64,000 nucleotides of DNA from Candidatus Deferrimicrobiaceae bacterium (GTDB taxonomy: Bacteria; Methylomirabilota; Methylomirabilia; Rokubacteriales; CSP1-6). Positions 62,806 through 64,000 of this stretch are shown here, one piece after another. The first letter of the stretch is position 1; the number at the start of each line of letters is the position of its first letter. The stretch lies in assembly GCA_035463855.1 (NCBI GenBank), contig DATHSW010000003.1:1892-65891 (forward strand), in the 5' to 3' direction. A program made the position numbers and the translations under genes. The notes beneath the pieces are model-generated. The model saw nothing but the letters and a program-made list of their open reading frames with translations. It was not told the origin of the DNA and ran no database searches.

Positions 62806-63215
62806 TGGGCCCGATCCGCGTCCGGGTGGGGCCGCTCGCGTTCACCGCGCGCTGGGAGGAGGCCGCGGCGCCCCGCACGTGCGCCGCCTTCCGCCGGCTC
62901 CTGCCCTACCGGGCGCGGATCATCCAGGCGCGCTGGAGCGGCGAGGCGGGCTGGATCCCGCTCGGCGCCTTCGACCTGGGCGTGGGCCCGGAGAACGCCA
63001 CGAGCGAGCCCGCGCCCGGCGCGCTCCTCTTCTACCCGGCCGGGATCAGCGAGACCGAGATCCTCTTTCCCTACGGCCCGACGCGCTTCGCGAGCGTGCA
63101 CGGCCCGCTGGCCGGCAATCACTTCCTCACGATCGAAGAGGGCCGCGCACAGCTGCCCGAGGTGGGGCGGCTCCTCTGCTGGGCGGGCGCCCAGGACATC
63201 ATCTTCGAGGCGTAG
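62805..63215 (+). CDS. DUF3830-like (cyclophilin-like fold) protein
   Basis: 136 aa; ...APRTCAAFRRLLPY...ARWSGEAGWIPL...PENATSEPAPGALLFYP... as recalled for DUF3830; ATGA-type overlap with the receptor stop. Confidence 0.65.
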   Translation: MGPIRVRVGPLAFTARWEEAAAPRTCAAFRRLLPYRARIIQARWSGEAGWIPLGAFDLGVGPENATSEPAPGALLFYPAGISETEILFPYGPTRFASVHGPLAGNHFLTIEEGRAQLPEVGRLLCWAGAQDIIFEA

Positions 63216-64000
63216 CCACCGCGCCGGGCGCTTCCGGGGTCGGCCGCCAGCTCTTCACCAGCGCCTCGCCCCGCGCCAGCTGCTCGGGCGTGAGAAGGGC
63301 CTTGACCGAGTCGCGCGCCTGGCGGGCGGTCTCCGCCTCCTTGCCGAGCAGGCCCTGGGCGGCCACCGTGAACCACCGGTAGGCCTGCACCGGGTCGCGC
63401 TCGACGCCCTGGCCGTTGGCGTAGCGCACGCCCAGATTGAACTGCGCGAAGGCCACACCCTGCTCGGCCGCCCGCCGGTACCACCTCACCGCCTCCGCGT
63501 AGTCCTTGGTGACGCCGTCGCCGTTGGCGTAGCGAAGGCCGAGCTGGTACTGCGCGGGCGCCAGCCCCTGCTCGGCGGCCTGCCGGTACCGGCGCGTCGC
63601 CTCCGCCGCGTCCGGGGGCACGCCCTCGCCGGTGGCGTAGCGCAGCGCGAGCTGGTACTGCGCGGCGGCGCCGCCGCGGTCGGCCGCGGCCCTCAGCAGC
63701 AGCGCGTCGCGGGAGCCCGCCGGGCCTCCCAGCCGCCCTTCCGCGCGCATCTCGTCGAGCGCGGCCTGGGCCGCGCGATTGCCCTGCGCCGCCGCACGGC
63801 CGTACCAGTCGGCGGCCTGCGCGTCGTCGCGATCCACTCCGCGGCCGTAAGCGTAGAGGAACCCCAGGCGGAACTGCGCGTGCACGTCGCCCTGGAGCGC
63901 GGCGCGGCGATACCAGGCGACGGCCTCGGCGGGATCCGCGGGCACGCCCTGCCCGCGCTCGTGCATGAACCCCAGGAGGAACTGCGCGGCGGCGTCGCCG
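63199..64000 (-). CDS. Sel1-repeat (SLR/TPR-like) protein, C-terminal part (5' end beyond window)
   Basis: Repeated ...A.EAV.WYRRAAEQG.A.AQ..LG..YA.G.GV..D... units; the frame remains open to position 64000. Confidence 0.85.
   Translation of the reverse strand, partial: GDAAAQFLLGFMHERGQGVPADPAEAVAWYRRAALQGDVHAQFRLGFLYAYGRGVDRDDAQAADWYGRAAAQGNRAAQAALDEMRAEGRLGGPAGSRDALLLRAAADRGGAAAQYQLALRYATGEGVPPDAAEATRRYRQAAEQGLAPAQYQLGLRYANGDGVTKDYAEAVRWYRRAAEQGVAFAQFNLGVRYANGQGVERDPVQAYRWFTVAAQGLLGKEAETARQARDSVKALLTPEQLARGEALVKSWRPTPEAPGAVATPRR

Overview
High-G+C bacterial chromosomal segment, densely coded with about 70 credible genes. Many long antisense or out-of-frame shadow ORFs in the track are artefacts of the G+C bias. 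The backbone is soil-type catabolic and redox metabolism: several SDRs, an LLM monooxygenase, two paralogous D-aminoacylase-family amidohydrolases, a CoxMSL-like molybdoenzyme, a DUF35/thiolase pair, a crotonase, a carboxyltransferase, an acyl-CoA ligase, two ABC systems, a MacAB-like efflux set and a TonB receptor. No rRNA, tRNA or CRISPR array was seen by eye. Main points: (1) Two ORF pairs split by in-frame TGA look like selenoproteins: a UGSC-motif protein (5480-6010) and a CMD/AhpD-like CxxU protein (30148-30690). Each has a hairpin just downstream of the UGA and an ATGA overlap with the next gene. (2) A roughly 9.2 kb lower-G+C, partly decayed island (7139-16390) is bracketed by two copies of a 24-bp palindrome whose extra matching flanks both face inward, an attL/attR-like layout. 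It carries a TcmP fragment, an orphan P-II gene, a cyclic-nucleotide module (class III cyclase-NTPase-TPR plus two cNMP-binding proteins), a multiply frameshifted IS1202-group element with 17-bp direct repeats, and a frameshifted GDT1/UPF0016 gene. (3) A second lower-G+C patch (about 38.8-42.6 kb) holds an IS110 remnant. (4) A sigma54-type promoter with an upstream palindrome precedes a four-gene SPFH/zinc-ribbon cluster reminiscent of B. subtilis ydjGHI. (5) A CHASE2-PP2C phosphatase / MBL / STAS operon has no cognate kinase and faces FecR-like and OmpA-like genes. (6) Several G/C-rich palindromic repeat elements are present, one embedded in frame inside the CoxM-like gene. All functional calls come from reading the translations and motifs by eye; no database search was run.
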